A DNA stretch of 63,967 bases, the filler included, from Octopus bimaculoides (Eukaryota), in NCBI RefSeq assembly GCF_001194135.2. It is 7 parts of 6 records of this genome, joined end to end, with 100 filler letters (N's around TTAATTAATTAA, not from the genome) between each part and the next. Parts side by side here need not be neighbours in the genome. Positions count along the whole stretch, not along the records: positions 8,625 to 29,812 come from NC_068992.1; positions 29,913 to 39,965 come from NC_068998.1; 5 more parts are not named here. One strand, given 5' to 3'. The notes under the pieces were generated by a model, which was not told where the DNA came from, did no database searches, and worked only from the letters and a program-made list of their open reading frames with translations. The translations under genes were made by a program, and so were the position numbers. Below are positions 23,101 to 36,569 of this stretch, piece by piece. The stretch's first letter is position 1. Every line of letters begins with the position of its first letter.

Positions 23101-24809
23101 GTTGACAGCATTCACCACCGACAAGGTGACATTTTCTTCCTGGATGCACCTGGAGGGAAGGGAAAACATTCATCACGAAACTTCTTGCAAAAGTAAGGCA
23201 GCACAAGGGAATCGTGTTAGCTGTGGCCTCATCTTGGATTGCAGCAACTCTCCTACCCGGTGGCAGGACAGCACACTCTACCATCAAACTTCCTCTGAAT
23301 TTGACAACATCTGAAACACCTACGTGCAACACCAGCAAATGCTCTGCAAAGGCAGAAGTGCTTAAAAGGTACCAGCTAATTGCGTGGGATGAATGCACTA
23401 TGGCATACAAGGGAGCTATTGAAGCACTTAATAAGACCTTACAAGATATAAGAGACTGTAAGGATCCAATGGGAGGTGTAACTCTTATTATCCGGTGATT
23501 TCAGGCAGACTCTTCCTGTTATTCCTAAAGGAACTAGGGAAGATGCAGTGTGAGCATGCCTGAAATCTTCACCGTTGTGGACACATGTCAAAATTCCGAA
23601 TCTTCATACCAACATTCAAGCTCAACTCTATGGAGACCATATGTCTGCTTCATTTTCTTCTGACATCTTGAAAATTGAAGACGGTGAGGTGCCTCTGGAT
23701 TCCAATGGAAGAATGGTAGTCGATCTGGTTTGCAACATTGTCAACACTGCTGGTGACCTGACAACGGCAGTGTTTCCTAATCTGCAGGAAAACTACAAAA
23801 ACCATGATTGGTTATGTGAAAGAGCAATATTTGCTCCCAAGAATAGCACTGTAAATAGAATCAATGAGCACCTTTTGCAGTGTCTTCCTGAACGTGTTCA
23901 CACTTATAAGCCAGTGGACACAATTCAAAATCCTGAAGAGGTTATCCATTATCCCACTGAATTCCTAAATTCATTAGAACCCCTGGATTACCTCCTCACC
24001 AACTAAGTCTCAAAGTGGGTGCTTCAGTTATGCTACTGCGAAACTTGAAGCATGGCTGGTGGTAAAAAAGATGATGACGTATGTCATTGAGGCAACCATT
24101 CTCTCCGGATGGCAAAGGAGAGGACATCTTCATTCCACAAATTCCACTTACTCCGTCCACATCAGACATCCACTTCTCCTTCAGAAGACTCCAGTTCCAT
24201 ATTCGCATCAGTTTTGGAATGTCGATCAATAAATTGTAAGGTCATACTTTGTCCGTGGCAGGAATTCACCTGGAAGAGCCGTGTTTCTCACACAGGCAGT
24301 TGTACATTGCTTGCTCCAGAGTTGGGAGCAAAGATAATATGTTTGCATTCGTTCCTCAAGGTGCAACTAAGAATATTATCTATCACGAGGTTCTATGAAC
24401 CGAACACCCAGTCTTTTTTATTAACGCTGCATACTGCAGGATTTGGCATAAGCATGGTGCAGGCATCTAATTTTCTGTATTTATGCTTTGTTTTGCGTGG
24501 TGAACATGACTGCTTTAACAAGGACCTACAACCGAAATGATTTTGATTACACAGTAAGTTTTTTTGTTTTGTTTTTGTTTCTTTGTGCACTTATTACATT
24601 AGTATCTTTGCCCACATTTCATGGTAAAATTCTAGACATGTTGCTGTACAATGTGTGCAATAAGTTTCACGTTTTATTTCAGCAAAAAAAAAAAAGAAAA
24701 ACTTTCCTTTTCTTTTATTTTCAGAAATCTTTGCATAATTTAACTGTATACATAGATGAACTCAAACTATACTGCTAACCTCCAGGGCAAGGCTGGGAAC
24801 ATTTGCTAG
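20110..24809 (+). mobile_element. Near full-length Helitron (Rep plus PIF1 helicase), pseudogenised; 5' boundary approximate
   Basis: CNPTWKEIKDEL, KWQKRSLPHARILIW, SIKYVCKYVNK, FFLDAPGGKGK, LIAWDECTM, GDFRQTLPV, RAIFAPKN; 3' hairpin TCCAG-GGCAAGG-CTGGG followed by CTAG|T at 24806-24810. Confidence 0.93.
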
Positions 24810-26505
24810 TAAATTATAATAGGTCATATAATTAAGACTTAGTTCAGCCAATGAGACAGCCTCTATGTATTCATTAGAAATCACAGCCAAATCTCCCTTG
24901 GATTCACACCCACATGACATATTAGATAATGTAGTTTTACATCACCGCCGGCCCCACTACCACCTGTACCACCCCCACTATCTTCATAACTAGTGCTGTT
25001 ACCAGCACCATCATCACCAATACCTCTACCACCACGAGCAGGTCGACATGCTAATGAGGGAGTCCCTATGTGGTCGCTTGGCCTGCTCAAAATAATAGCC
25101 AAATAATCACTCGTCTCATATTACAACCTACCGTCTTTCAAAAACGAACAGATTAGATCATGATAACAAGCGAATCTGATTTAAAATATTCCATCCGTAA
25201 CCATCTCATCATTTAGAGTCACTTGCTCAGAGTTGACTTAGTGCTAAACACCACCACCAACAGTAACAATAACAGCAACAATATCTGTGTGAAATATTGC
25301 TCACTACAAATCTCACCATCTCGACCGCCAAAATTAAAACAAAATACTATCACGAAATTTTCGCGATGAACATGTAGTTATTATTTTCGGTTTTTCTGTT
25401 AAATGGTTACAAGTAATATTAATTAATACCACGAAATGATTTACGAACAAATAAAATTTAGATAGAAAGAAAAAGAAAAGAAGTGTAATGGTGGGGAATA
25501 GTATCCAATTGTGACTTTGAAAGAACAATGGGATAAATGTTTTCATCCGTTTGCACTCAAGTAAACTCAAGTGGACACTTAATGAGAAAAGTATGCAACA
25601 GAGGTTATTCTATTTTTAGTGGAAATGTCCCTCTTTTGAGGGTATGACTTAACAAAAGAAGGAAAAAAAAAATCACGACAGATTGTAATGGTATTTCAAT
25701 AACATGTTACAGCATTTTTTTTCTGTAACGAAATACTGTCTTTTGAAACTCGTGGAAATACTGCTTTTTTATAAATATTTTTATTTCTAGTTTGATGTAT
25801 AAATTTATAGATGGCTCTGCATAACATTGTTGTTTTATTTCGTTTATAGACTTCAATAATATCTTTGATTTTGTTCCATGGTTAAGGTTGTTTAATGCAT
25901 AACATTTGAACTCGATTTATTACGTTGAATATTTATTTCGATTGCATCTTCGATTTCTTTCCGTGGTTGAAATTATTCAAAGCATAATGCAGGAACTAGT
26001 TTTATTACCTTGAATACTCATTTCGATTGTCTTCGAAATTGTTCCTTAGTTAAGGCTGTTAGACACATATCATTACAAGCATAATACAGATTCATAAATT
26101 CTACAAATGACTGGTCTGTTCTCCTCTCATCTACCAACATATTTACAGAATTTCACTTAGACACCAGTCTCTCTTAGATACACTGCCACCTTTCCCTTTG
26201 ATGGATTTGAATTTAGCACTGCAAATTAACCAAAAGCTTGTTAATCATTAACGTAGCTTACAGCATCGGATTTAAACTGTATTCCTCAGTGAGTAGGCTA
26301 ATATTCTAATGATTAACCTCCTAGTTATGACTGTCAAATGGAATTTACAAAACTCTATATATGAGGATAAACTCTGTCCTCTGAGATAATCTTCACAGTA
26401 AACTCAGGAAGATCTTACACCTATTCATAGTTCATGAATATTTGTAGATGTCATGACATACCTTCACACTGATAGCAAAAATATTCCTTATGTTGTCATC
26501 AGAAT

Positions 26506-26985
26506 GTTAACTACTGCGGAAGTTGAGATGGTTCATACCAAAACTAGAGAGGAATAGAAGCTAAGATCAATCGGAGAAAAGAGCAGCAAGTCCATACCGA
26601 CCAACTAGAATAGTTGAGATATGTTTGGTTTGGGCTTCCGTATTGAAATGAATGAACCGACGATCATGATGGCTGATCTGGTTGCAGAACTTTCTAACTA
26701 AAGAAATCTGGTTCTTCAATCAGAAGAAAAGTAGACATTCTAGTTTTATCAGATGTTCTCTGATGAGGATATTGTTCATTATCTAAGTGATGAATAAACA
26801 TTTCAATCAGTACATTTCTAGGCGAGATCAGCCCTTATGATCGGCATCTCATTTCAGTATGGAAGCCCAAATCAACCACATCCCAATTAGTTTTAAAATA
26901 TGTTCCAGCTGGTCGGCATAGAATTGCTGTCATTCAATTCCTCTCCAGTTTGGTATAAACCATCTCAACTTCTGAAGTAGTTAAC
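26506..26985. repeat. Diverged inverted-repeat (foldback/MITE-like) element
   Basis: 26506-26555 pairs with 26937-26985, and 26584-26612 with 26901-26929. Confidence 0.75.
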
Positions 26986-28789
26986 CCATAAACTGTACAC
27001 ACATAAACCACTCATTTTGTTTCAACTGAAAGAGGATTGAGTACGATATTTCATGGTCCATAAGAAAAAAAAACAAGTCTTGGAAAAGTCATCTTAGGTC
27101 CTGTATTTCAGATTGTTTTAAATAATGCATGCATTAAAAAAGTTCTTTTCTTGAATTGCTGCTGAAATTGGGGTGCAACTAATATGCCCATATGTCTTTT
27201 ATGGCATTAAATACAGTAATATTTTTTCAAAATCTAAAAATATAACATTGGGTAGAAAAATGAATTCTTTCAATTAAGCACAAGGTTATTCTTTGTTAGA
27301 GAGTGGTTACTTGATATCAACCCTAATATCTTACAGGTATTTGTTTTTATCAACCTTGGCACAGAAACAATTCACTAAACACTGTGCTGCATATATATAA
27401 AACAACTATTTGTTACAACCAACTCAAGTTTGTCAGAAGGAAATGTGAATATCTGCTTGTACTATAAAATAGTTTGAAACTGTTGGTTATGTTGGTGTGA
27501 AGGTAATTATATCGAATCCCCTCAGTTACAGGATTTTGTTGAGCTTGTTATGAAACTAAGTCGTGCAATTATATCTTTCAAATGTAAGAATGGTTATTAT
27601 GTCTACACTAGATTTCCTTAGGGTATTTATTGAGAGACCAGGAACAAAATACCCTTTCTTTCATCTGTAATTTGACGAGCAAGGTTAACAGAAGAAATGC
27701 AGAAGATATTTTTTTATATACTCTTGAGAAGTGAGACATATTAGCATCTGTGTGTGTGTGTGTGTAGCTTTTAGCTTTCATACAGCATTAAATAGCTATG
27801 TAAACAGTTTGAGACAGATTTACTCTGATATATATATATATATATANNNNNNNNNNCTGTAATTTGACGAGCAAGGTTAACAGAAGAAATGCAGAAGATA
27901 TTTTTTTATATACTCTTGAGAAGTGAGACATATTAGCATCTGTGTGTGTGTGTGTGTATTCTTTCCATGTGCAAAGAATGGTAAACTAATTTGAATTAAT
28001 AGCTGCAAGGAAACATAAAAAGGAAAATGTCCAAGTGAAATTAGATGCAAGAATTAGTATGGGAGACTTAATGGAGTATATGTGTGATGTGTATTAAGTT
28101 TAACTTTCTTGTTTTTTTTTAGACTATCATATGTAATTGAATGTATGTTATTTCTTTAGCACAGAATGTATATTAATATATATGTGTAAGCAAGCAATAG
28201 ATACCAAACTGGTGTGATGTGGATTTCCTGGATAAATTACATAACAATTATGAAAGGCATTTACTATGAAATAATCGCTCTTAAAACTTAAACAAACATA
28301 GGTTTAATTCAAGAGAAGAATCGAAGGACATCTTGCCAAGAGGTGATGTTTGATGTCTGTGTAAGGATTGTTCCAGAGAATTATTGAATGTGGAGCAAGT
28401 TTTGTTAGGCAAACATTCAATGTTATAATTAGTTCTAAAGATATATATCTAGTGAAAGTCTAATGACTATAGTGCAAATATGGTAAGAATAAGATCACAG
28501 AACTTCTGTTAGTTTCAAAGAAATTCTTTCTCTGAACAAGAGAAAAGCTGTATGAGAAAGTATGTAATGTGATACAGTTTAACAAAGAAACGGGGACAAT
28601 GGATTCGGAAGTCTTACAGCAGCAACAGGAGAGATACAAGGTGAATACAGACCATTAGATATACATTTACTTATTACAAAGGATGAGGGTGAACTGATGA
28701 AGAAAAATGACTGAACACTGGGAAGACAGTGGATGATGCGAGCAAGACAGACAACTCTGCTGATCTTCTTGTCAGTCATGTAACTTTTC

Positions 28790-28972
28790 TACTCTAGGCA
28801 CAAGGCCTGAAATTTTGTGGGAGGGGGCCAGTCGATGAGATTGACCCCGATACACAACTGGTACGTAATTGATCGACCCTGAAAGGACGAGAGACAAAGT
28901 TGAACTCAGAACCTAAAGACGGACAAAATACCACTAAGCATTTTGCCTGGTGTGCTAATGTTTCTGCCAGTT
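28790..28972 (-). mobile_element. SINE-like family A
   Basis: Reverse complement of the family A consensus. Confidence 0.75.
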
Positions 28973-29035
28973 CAGTCATGTAACTGAATATGATATATTA
29001 AGAGCTAACAATATCTCTCTCTCTCTCTCTCTCTC

Positions 29036-29076
<41 letters not shown>

Positions 29077-29104
29077 GTTTATGTATACATATATATATAT
29101 ATAT

Positions 29105-29812
29105 ATCATCATCGTTTAACGTCCACTTTCCATGCTAGCATGGGTTGGACGATTTGACTGAGGACTGGTGAACCAGATGGCAACACCAGGCTCCAATCTG
29201 ATTTGGCAGAGTTTCTACAGCTGGATGCTCTTCCTAACACCAACCACTCCGAGAGTGTAGTGGGGGCTTTTATGTGCCACTGGCACAAAGGCCAGTCAGG
29301 CGGTACTGGCAACGGCCACGCACAAAATGGTGTATTTTACGTGCCACCTGCACAGTCCAGTGGCACTGGCAACGATCTCACTCGAACGACTTTTCATTTT
29401 CCACCGGCACAAGTGCCAGGAAGGCGACGCTGGTAATGATCATGCTCAAACGGTGCTCTTAGCACTCCACTGGTACAGGTGCCATCATGATTTCGCTTTC
29501 GCTTGCCCCAACAGGTCTTCGCAAGCTGAGTTTAGTCTCCAATGAAGGAGACATTTGCACGGGGGCCAGTCGTTGAATTTAGTTTGATTTCGATTTTGAT
29601 TTCACTAGCCTCAACAGGTCTTTGCAAGCGGAGTTTAGTGTCCAATGAAGGAAAGGTACGCATAAGTGGGCTGGCTACATCCCTGGCAGAGGCCTTGGAT
29701 TTTGGTCTCACTTGGCTTGCCGGGTCCTCTCACGCACAGCATATTTCCAAAGGTCTCGGTCAGAAGTCATTGCCTCGGTGAGGCCTAATGTTCGGAGGTC
29801 GCGCTTCACCAC
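29105..29812. mobile_element. Interspersed repeat, probable LINE 3' region or derived SINE
   Basis: CATCATCGTTTAACGTCCACTTTCCATGCT...CTGGATGCTCTTCCTAACACCAACC; a related fragment lies at about 4880-5100. Confidence 0.55.
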
Positions 29813-30539
29813 NNNNNNNNNNNNNNNNNNNNNNNNNNNNNNNNNNNNNNNNNNNNTTAATTAATTAANNNNNNNNNNNNNNNNNNNNNNNNNNNNNNNN
29901 NNNNNNNNNNNNGGTCGATAAAATAAGTACCAGTTGAACACTGGGATCGATGTAATCGACTTACCCTCTTCCTCCAAACATGCTAGCCTTGTTCCAAAAT
30001 TTGACATCCATACCTATATTTACATAAGTATGGCTGTGTTGTCAAGAAATTCACTTTGCAATCGTGTCATTGAAGAGTAAATCTCTCTGCGTGACACCTT
30101 AGGGAATCATCTTTTGTTATATCCACATGTTGACCAATTGATACCCTGTAATTTGTTGATTTCGTACAGCCCTGTCAGGCTTGATCAACCAAGTAGTATT
30201 GCACGTAGAAAGTCTGTTGAACGGTGACACGCGATCCACAGAATCATTTTGCCAGCTATGTCCCCATGTAGCTGAAGACTCTCCGAAATGCAATGAGGAA
30301 TCGTGTGGAATGAAGCGTGAAAGTCTGGACACTTTTCATTCTCTCCACTCCCCAGTCCATTTCTATACAGCCGTAGATTCTAACAGCGGTAAAGAGGATG
30401 GTTAGACTCAGTCAAATCGTGACTGTTGCTGTTCCTCTGTACTTATTGTTAGTGATATGCAACCTTGTACAATGTTTGGTGATAGCGAATTTATTTACGT
30501 TGCGGTTTGTCAGATTTGTATACAAGCGCGTAGACTAGT

Positions 30540-33240
30540 GGTTCTCTATTGGAGTTCATATAGCTATTAGGAGCTCCATGTAAGATTTTGGTGTTAAAAT
30601 TTATGTGCAATAAATCTGTTATACATTTACAATAGTTAAATATTGTAAATTTTTTTGCAATACGTAATGATATTTAATCAAAAAAATACAGTTGGATTCT
30701 TTTGTATGTATACATCGAATGGCTGTGGGGGTCCAGTAGAGTAAAATAGGAATCAAAGGGGTCTTTAGACAAGAAAAAAGAAAACATATTGAGAACCATT
30801 GGGTACGATGTTCAAGAGGCTTTGTAGTATTGTATATGTACTTGACCGGTTTCCATCGTAGTGACAAGGACTGTGAGGATTGATGATCGCTACTGCAACA
30901 AACTTGTGTTCTTGGCACATCCTGGTAGTTTTTCATTTTCTGAACTTTCGTTGAGTTGTAGTTGTGGTCTGTATACAGTCTATGGTGCGTTCCTTTGTGT
31001 TCCGTTGAGATTTATTTCATTTATTGCGGAGAGATTTCAGTGAGGTAGGGTTGGCAGAGTTTATGAGGTATCCAAAGCGCTGTTTGCACATTATTATTTT
31101 TGTCTTTCTTTCTCGTTGAATAAATCTGATACTTATGATTGTTCTGTTTGTACGTCATTTTGCTGACTTGACTATCTGTTTCCGATGTGCGATGTGCATA
31201 TTGTAGAGAAGTTGTACTCAGCTGTTAGTATTTTTGTCATCTAAGCGAGTGTCGTATGTCTATGCTGCTGAGTGAGACGGTTGCTCGAATTTGACATTCT
31301 CTTGTGCTATATATAAGATAGCAGACAATGGGTTTCGTAAGTAGGTAAGTAGGTAGGTAGGTAGGTAGGTAGGTAGGTAGGTGATGCTACTGTTGTTGTT
31401 TTAAGTCTATTGTGGAGCTAAGGGTGTAGATAATATAAATTGGGTTGGAATCGTTGAGCTGCAACGACCGGAGAATGGTGCTGGAATGTGTGTGATATCA
31501 TCTGCGTATAAAGATATCGGAATGTTTTGTAGAGGCGTAGGAAGGTCGTGCAGTTTGTAGTTATAGGTTGAAAATTGTAGTTGCGAGGATAGATCCTTGT
31601 TGTACTCCATTCGGGAAATTGCGAGTACTTGGAAATACTGTTCTTGTACACTACATACGCTTGTCCGTTTGCTGATAGTGTGCTAGGCAGTATCTTATGT
31701 TCTTTCTTAAGGTGGTGTTGAGTATTTTTTGTGGGAAAGGATAGCCGAGAATGGAATCGAAAACTTTACTAATGTCGATGGTAGTTAGGATACGTGGTGT
31801 TGCGTTTTAGTTGATGCATCAATTTTGCATTTTATGTGTTAAGTTTGTGGGTAATATGATGGTTGAGTGTAAAACGGCGAGCTAGCAGAATCGTTAGCAC
31901 ACTTGGCGAAATGCTTAGCGGCATTTCGTCCGTCTTCACGTTCTGAGTTCAAATTCAGCTGAGGTCGACTTTGCCTTTCATCCTTTCGGGGTCGATAAGA
32001 TAAGTGCCAGTTGAGTACGGGGTCGACTTACCCCATCCCCCAGAATCGACTTACCCTATTCCCCAGAATCGACTTACCCTATTCCCCAGAATAGGGTAAG
32101 TCGATTCTGCCAAAATGTGAAATCAAAGGCAGCGAGCTGGTGGAATACTTAGCGGAATTCCGTCCTTGTGTCAAAATTTGAAGCCATTATGATGGTTGAG
32201 AGTGGTGTACTAAATCTTGGTTGTGATTTAATGATCGTCAGTGATGTCGAGGATGAATATATCTGGTATTTGTCTGGGTCTGTATATAAGGGTAATGAGA
32301 TCGTATCAGTTTAGAACAGTAGCGTAACTAGGAGGCGAGGGAGCAGCACTTTTGGGTCTGCTGTACAAACCAGTTTAGACTTGGGGACATGAGGGTCTGG
32401 TGGGGGACGGCAAAGCTATGCAACTGCTGTATGTAAAGTTATGTCAAGCTTTACAATTGTTACATTTACGCATAGCTTCCAGATTCTGGAAATTTGATAG
32501 TCGTGAAGGTGAACTGCTGCATTTCCTACTGATTCTAGGTATTTTATATGTACATTTGTGATTTTATTCTAATTCTAAGGAATTTGAGGTTTTAGATTTC
32601 CCTTTTTGCTTTTGGGTGTTTGATAAAAAGATGTCAAAACGTGGTTTAGGTGGAAAATAGATATTCTTTGTTTTGTGTGGCTGTTTGCTTTATGTGTTTT
32701 TTCTTCTTTCTATGCCTTTGTGCCTGGTATTACTGTGTGGGTATATTAGTTGTGGCTATTGTAACACGACCTTTGATGTTTGATGTGACTATCGTTGTTG
32801 TTGTTAAAGCTATTAATTTCATATTCATTTTACTGTTAGCTTTGTGGTTTTTTATGTTAGTATTTTGTTTATAGTTTTTCGTTTTGTTATTTTCTTGTTT
32901 AGTTATTTGATATTTGAGTTTTACTTCGTGGGTGTGTAATTTTTGATGCATTATGTTTGAGGTTGTTTTTGGTTTTTACGAGATTGACTATTTCTGACGT
33001 GAATTGTGACTACTTTGTGAGATATATTTTATTTGCGTCCATATTGATGGTACTGTATACAGGGTTGGTGCTGGTGAATGAGGTGTGGTTGAATTTCGAA
33101 GATTTTGATCCTGTTTCTTTATCGAACACAATCCATTGCGCACGTTTGAAGTCTGTGAAGGTGAAATCGATTATATTTTCTTGACTGATGTGCGAGTCCA
33201 TTGTTATAATAATTTGTAGTTAGTTCGAAGAAAGTTCGGG
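30540..33240 (-). mobile_element. Heavily decayed LINE (Jockey/I-like RT) interrupted by SINE copies
   Basis: LHDLPTPLQNIPISLYADDIT with YADD at 31497-31508; thumb-like PILLYW; FKRAQWIVF resembles the FKKADW linker. Confidence 0.65.
31875..32190 (+). mobile_element. SINE-like family A copies with a rearranged tail
   Basis: Family A consensus; 22-bp tandem units and a hairpin at 32020-32109. Confidence 0.75.
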
Positions 33241-33867
33241 AATTATTTATCCAAAAGTTGTAGTAGATAGGTGTAGAGTGTAAAAGTTATATTTGGTGAG
33301 GAGCTGTTGTTTTTTCTCTTTGAAGCCCGGTAAGTAACGGGCACGTAAACACACCAACACCGGTTGTCAAGCGGTGTTGGAGGACAACCACAAACACAAA
33401 GATACACNNNNNNNNNNNNNNNNNNNNNNNNNNNNNNNNNNNNNNNNNNNNNNNNNNNNNNNNNNNNNNNNNNNNNNNNNNNNNNNNNNNNNNNNNNNNN
33501 NNNNNNNNNNNNNNNNNNNNNNNNNNNNNNNNNNNNNNNNNNNNNNNNNNNNNNNNNNNNNNNNNNNNNNNNNNNNNNNNNNNNNNNNNNNNNNNNNNNN
33601 NNNNNNNNNNNNNNNNNNNNNNNNNNNNNNNNNNNNNNNNNNNNNNNNNNNNNNNNNNNNNNNNNNNNNNNNNNNNNNNNNNNNNNNNNNNNNNNNNNNN
33701 NNNNNNNNNNNNNNNNNNNNNNNNNNNNNNNNNNNNNNNNNNNNNNNNNNNNNNNNNNNNNNNNNNNNNNNNNNNNNNNNNNNNNNNNNNNNNNNNNNNN
33801 NNNNNNNNNNNNNNNNNNNNNNNNNNNNNNNNNNNNNNNNNNNNNNNNNNNNNNNNNNNNNNNNNNN

Positions 33868-34387
33868 AAAGAGAGGGCAAAGAACGTGCATTGATGCTCT
33901 GGCTGTGTCAGCCGTCGCCCCAACCTGCTGAAACCACACACGTAGAATAGGCATACGTTTTCGTCGTAATCAGGCGCAGAGGTGTTGTTTATCAACTCGG
34001 AGTTCATAGTAACAGCAGTTCCATTATTACTAACAAAACCTCCACTTATATACACTTCCCTCCTCCCTTCGGTCTCCACTTCCCCCNNNNNNNNNNATTT
34101 CTGAAGGCGTTCTTGGAAGTTGGCCTCCACTCTCTCCAGTATTGCTCCGTCGATCTGAGTGACTTCCACACGAATAGATAGCTTCCTTCAAATCGTCCAA
34201 TGTACGGAGCTTATGCGCAGGGCCAAGGAATGTCAGCAAACCTGGAAAGGAGGTGGTCACCAAAGAGAGGGCAAAGAACGTGCATTGATGCTCTGGCTGT
34301 GTCAGCCGTCGCCCCAACCTGCTGAAACCACACACGTAGAATAGGCATACGTTTTCGTCGTAATCAGGCGCAGAGGTGTTGTTTATC
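33868..34387 (-). mobile_element. Tc1/mariner-superfamily transposase C-terminal fragment, frameshifted
   Basis: Across frames: WFQQVGATADTARASM...LFGDHLLSRFADIPWP, RTLDDLKEAI, EVTQIDGAILERVEANFQERLQK. Confidence 0.82.
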
Positions 34388-34487
34388 NNNNNNNNNNNNN
34401 NNNNNNNNNNNNNNNNNNNNNNNNNNNNNNNNNNNNNNNNNNNNNNNNNNNNNNNNNNNNNNNNNNNNNNNNNNNNNNNNNNNNNNN

Positions 34488-34518
<31 letters not shown>

Positions 34519-35242
34519 CACACACATACGTACTTGAATACAAACAACGTAAGTGTATATATATGTGGTGGCGACAAACCTTTCGTTCTGTTTATGAATT
34601 GTAGTTGCAGTTGCTGTTTCAATTGTGCATTCTTTTATTGTTTAGTGGGTGTAAGGCTTTTGTAGACACAGACATCATGTTTACGATATCAAATGACAGA
34701 TCTAAAAGTGATGCATAGATACAGTTTTTTTTTGCACATATGCTGATAAATTTGCTTGACGACTATTATTATAAATATATTCATTGGTTAAAATGGTTAG
34801 AATAGGAAATCCGCTAACTATTCTCTGCGTAGTTTTGCATTAGTAAAAATTTGGGCAACATTCACATTCTTAACTGAAATTCGACCGAGATCAAATTTGC
34901 ATTCAACGCTTAGCTTGTCCAAAGCATTTCCATAAGTTTGTCCTGAGCATCCATGCTTGTTTTCAGACTCTTAGTTAGCCATTGCTTCATACATTCTGAG
35001 TAATATAAAGCTTTCCTTTCAAACGACTCAAGTTACTCTAGTGGTTGAAAAAAATTGTATCATATATAATGCATGGACACATAGGAATTATAATCTGTAT
35101 ATCACATGTGATACACACGATAAAATAAAGATAAAATAATCAGTCAGATACTGGACAGATCTGTATTCCTATATTGCGCTCCTGATGTAAACGGAACGAT
35201 AATAAAAGACTAAAATTACATTGTAATATTAGTCTTGAATCT

Positions 35243-35705
35243 AAGGCAGCGTAGGGCAAAATCGTTATCACGCCGGGCAAAACGTTTAGCGGCATTTCCT
35301 CTGTCTTCACGTTCTGAGTTCAAATGCTGCCGAGGTCGACTATATGTTTCATCCTTTCAGGGTCGATAAAATAAGTATCAGATAAGCACTGGGGCCGACG
35401 TAATCGATTTACCTCTTCCATCGAAATTGCTGGTCTTGTGCCAAAATTTGAAACCAACATTATTAGTATTGACTCTCGGTTGAGTACTGGGGTCGATGTA
35501 ATCGACTTAGCTCCTTTGCCGAACTTGCTGACCTTGCTGACTTTGCTGCCAAAATATGAACCCAATACTAGAATTGACTCTCAAGGCGGCGAGCCTGGCA
35601 GAATCGTTAGCACGCCGGGCAAAATGCTTTGCGGTATTTCGTTTGTCTTTGCGTTCTGAGTTCAAATACCGCCAGAGTCGATTTTTGTGCTAAAATTTGA
35701 AATCA
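35243..35705 (+). mobile_element. Cluster of tandem family A SINE copies
   Basis: Heads at about 35245 and 35585, with a duplicated tail at 35465-35570. Confidence 0.78.
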
Positions 35706-35940
35706 ATATTAGTATTTACTCTATGGCGAGGGCATTAACAGTAACAGCATCTTTCTTTTGTGAGGAACTAAATATAAGAATAAAGGAGAATTTTATTCAT
35801 GATCGTAGTGATTTTCGACTGAAACTTGCATATGAATTTACACCATGCTGAGAGTTACTATAAACAACAAGAACACAACCGAGGAACAGCTCAACAGGTA
35901 AACAGATTCTTTCTAGCTGTAGTTATAGATTCTATAACTA

Positions 35941-36210
35941 CAGGGGTGGGCAACTTTTCCTCAACTGGGGGCCGTATCGTACCATTTCCAAGTGGGAGAG
36001 GGCCGCATGATAAAACACATATGCATGAAATATTATTTGCCCACTTTACACTGAATTTGTTTGCAGTCCTTCTTAATTTTATTTGTCTTAGTATGAAAGT
36101 TCATTTGTCTCAGTATGAAATTTTATTTGTCTTAGTATGAAATTAATAACCTAGAAACTCGTCGAGGGCCGCAAAACAACATGTCGAGGGCCGCAGGCTG
36201 CCCATGCAGG
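35941..36210. mobile_element. Probable hAT-type MITE
   Basis: CAGGGGTGGGCAAC...GGGCCGC...GCTGCCCATGC termini; a similar 5' end lies at about 6012. No target duplication confirmed. Confidence 0.5.
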
Positions 36211-36569
36211 TTATAGAAGAAACCGTGACTACAAAACTCATTTTTCTTGGAGTTATGAAAGTTTATCATTTAAGTATGTATGAGCATGTCTATATATGCA
36301 GCTATAAGCATGAGAATACATTCATAAAACAAAGCATACGAATCTGTACATATACATACATAAAAGAATAACCTGCTGATGTTGTTGAAATTGCAATGAA
36401 AGGAATCTAGGTTAGAAACCGGCTCTTTCTCTATTGAGAAGAAATCTTGAAATAAAATTGAATAATGGCATATATACATTGGCAAGAAATCTTGAAATAA
36501 AACAGAACGATGACACACATACATACATACATACATACACACATACATGACCCCGGGGCTAAGGAGATG

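Noticed and set aside
24881-25102. Gly-rich minus-strand ORF
   Set aside because: Low-complexity ACC/CCA-rich sequence with no splice or homology support; likely repeat-derived.
34030-34527. ORF with NVCLFYVCGF...HQCTFF resembling a zinc finger exon
   Set aside because: The other two frames give clear Tc1/mariner transposase motifs; this is an off-frame reading.
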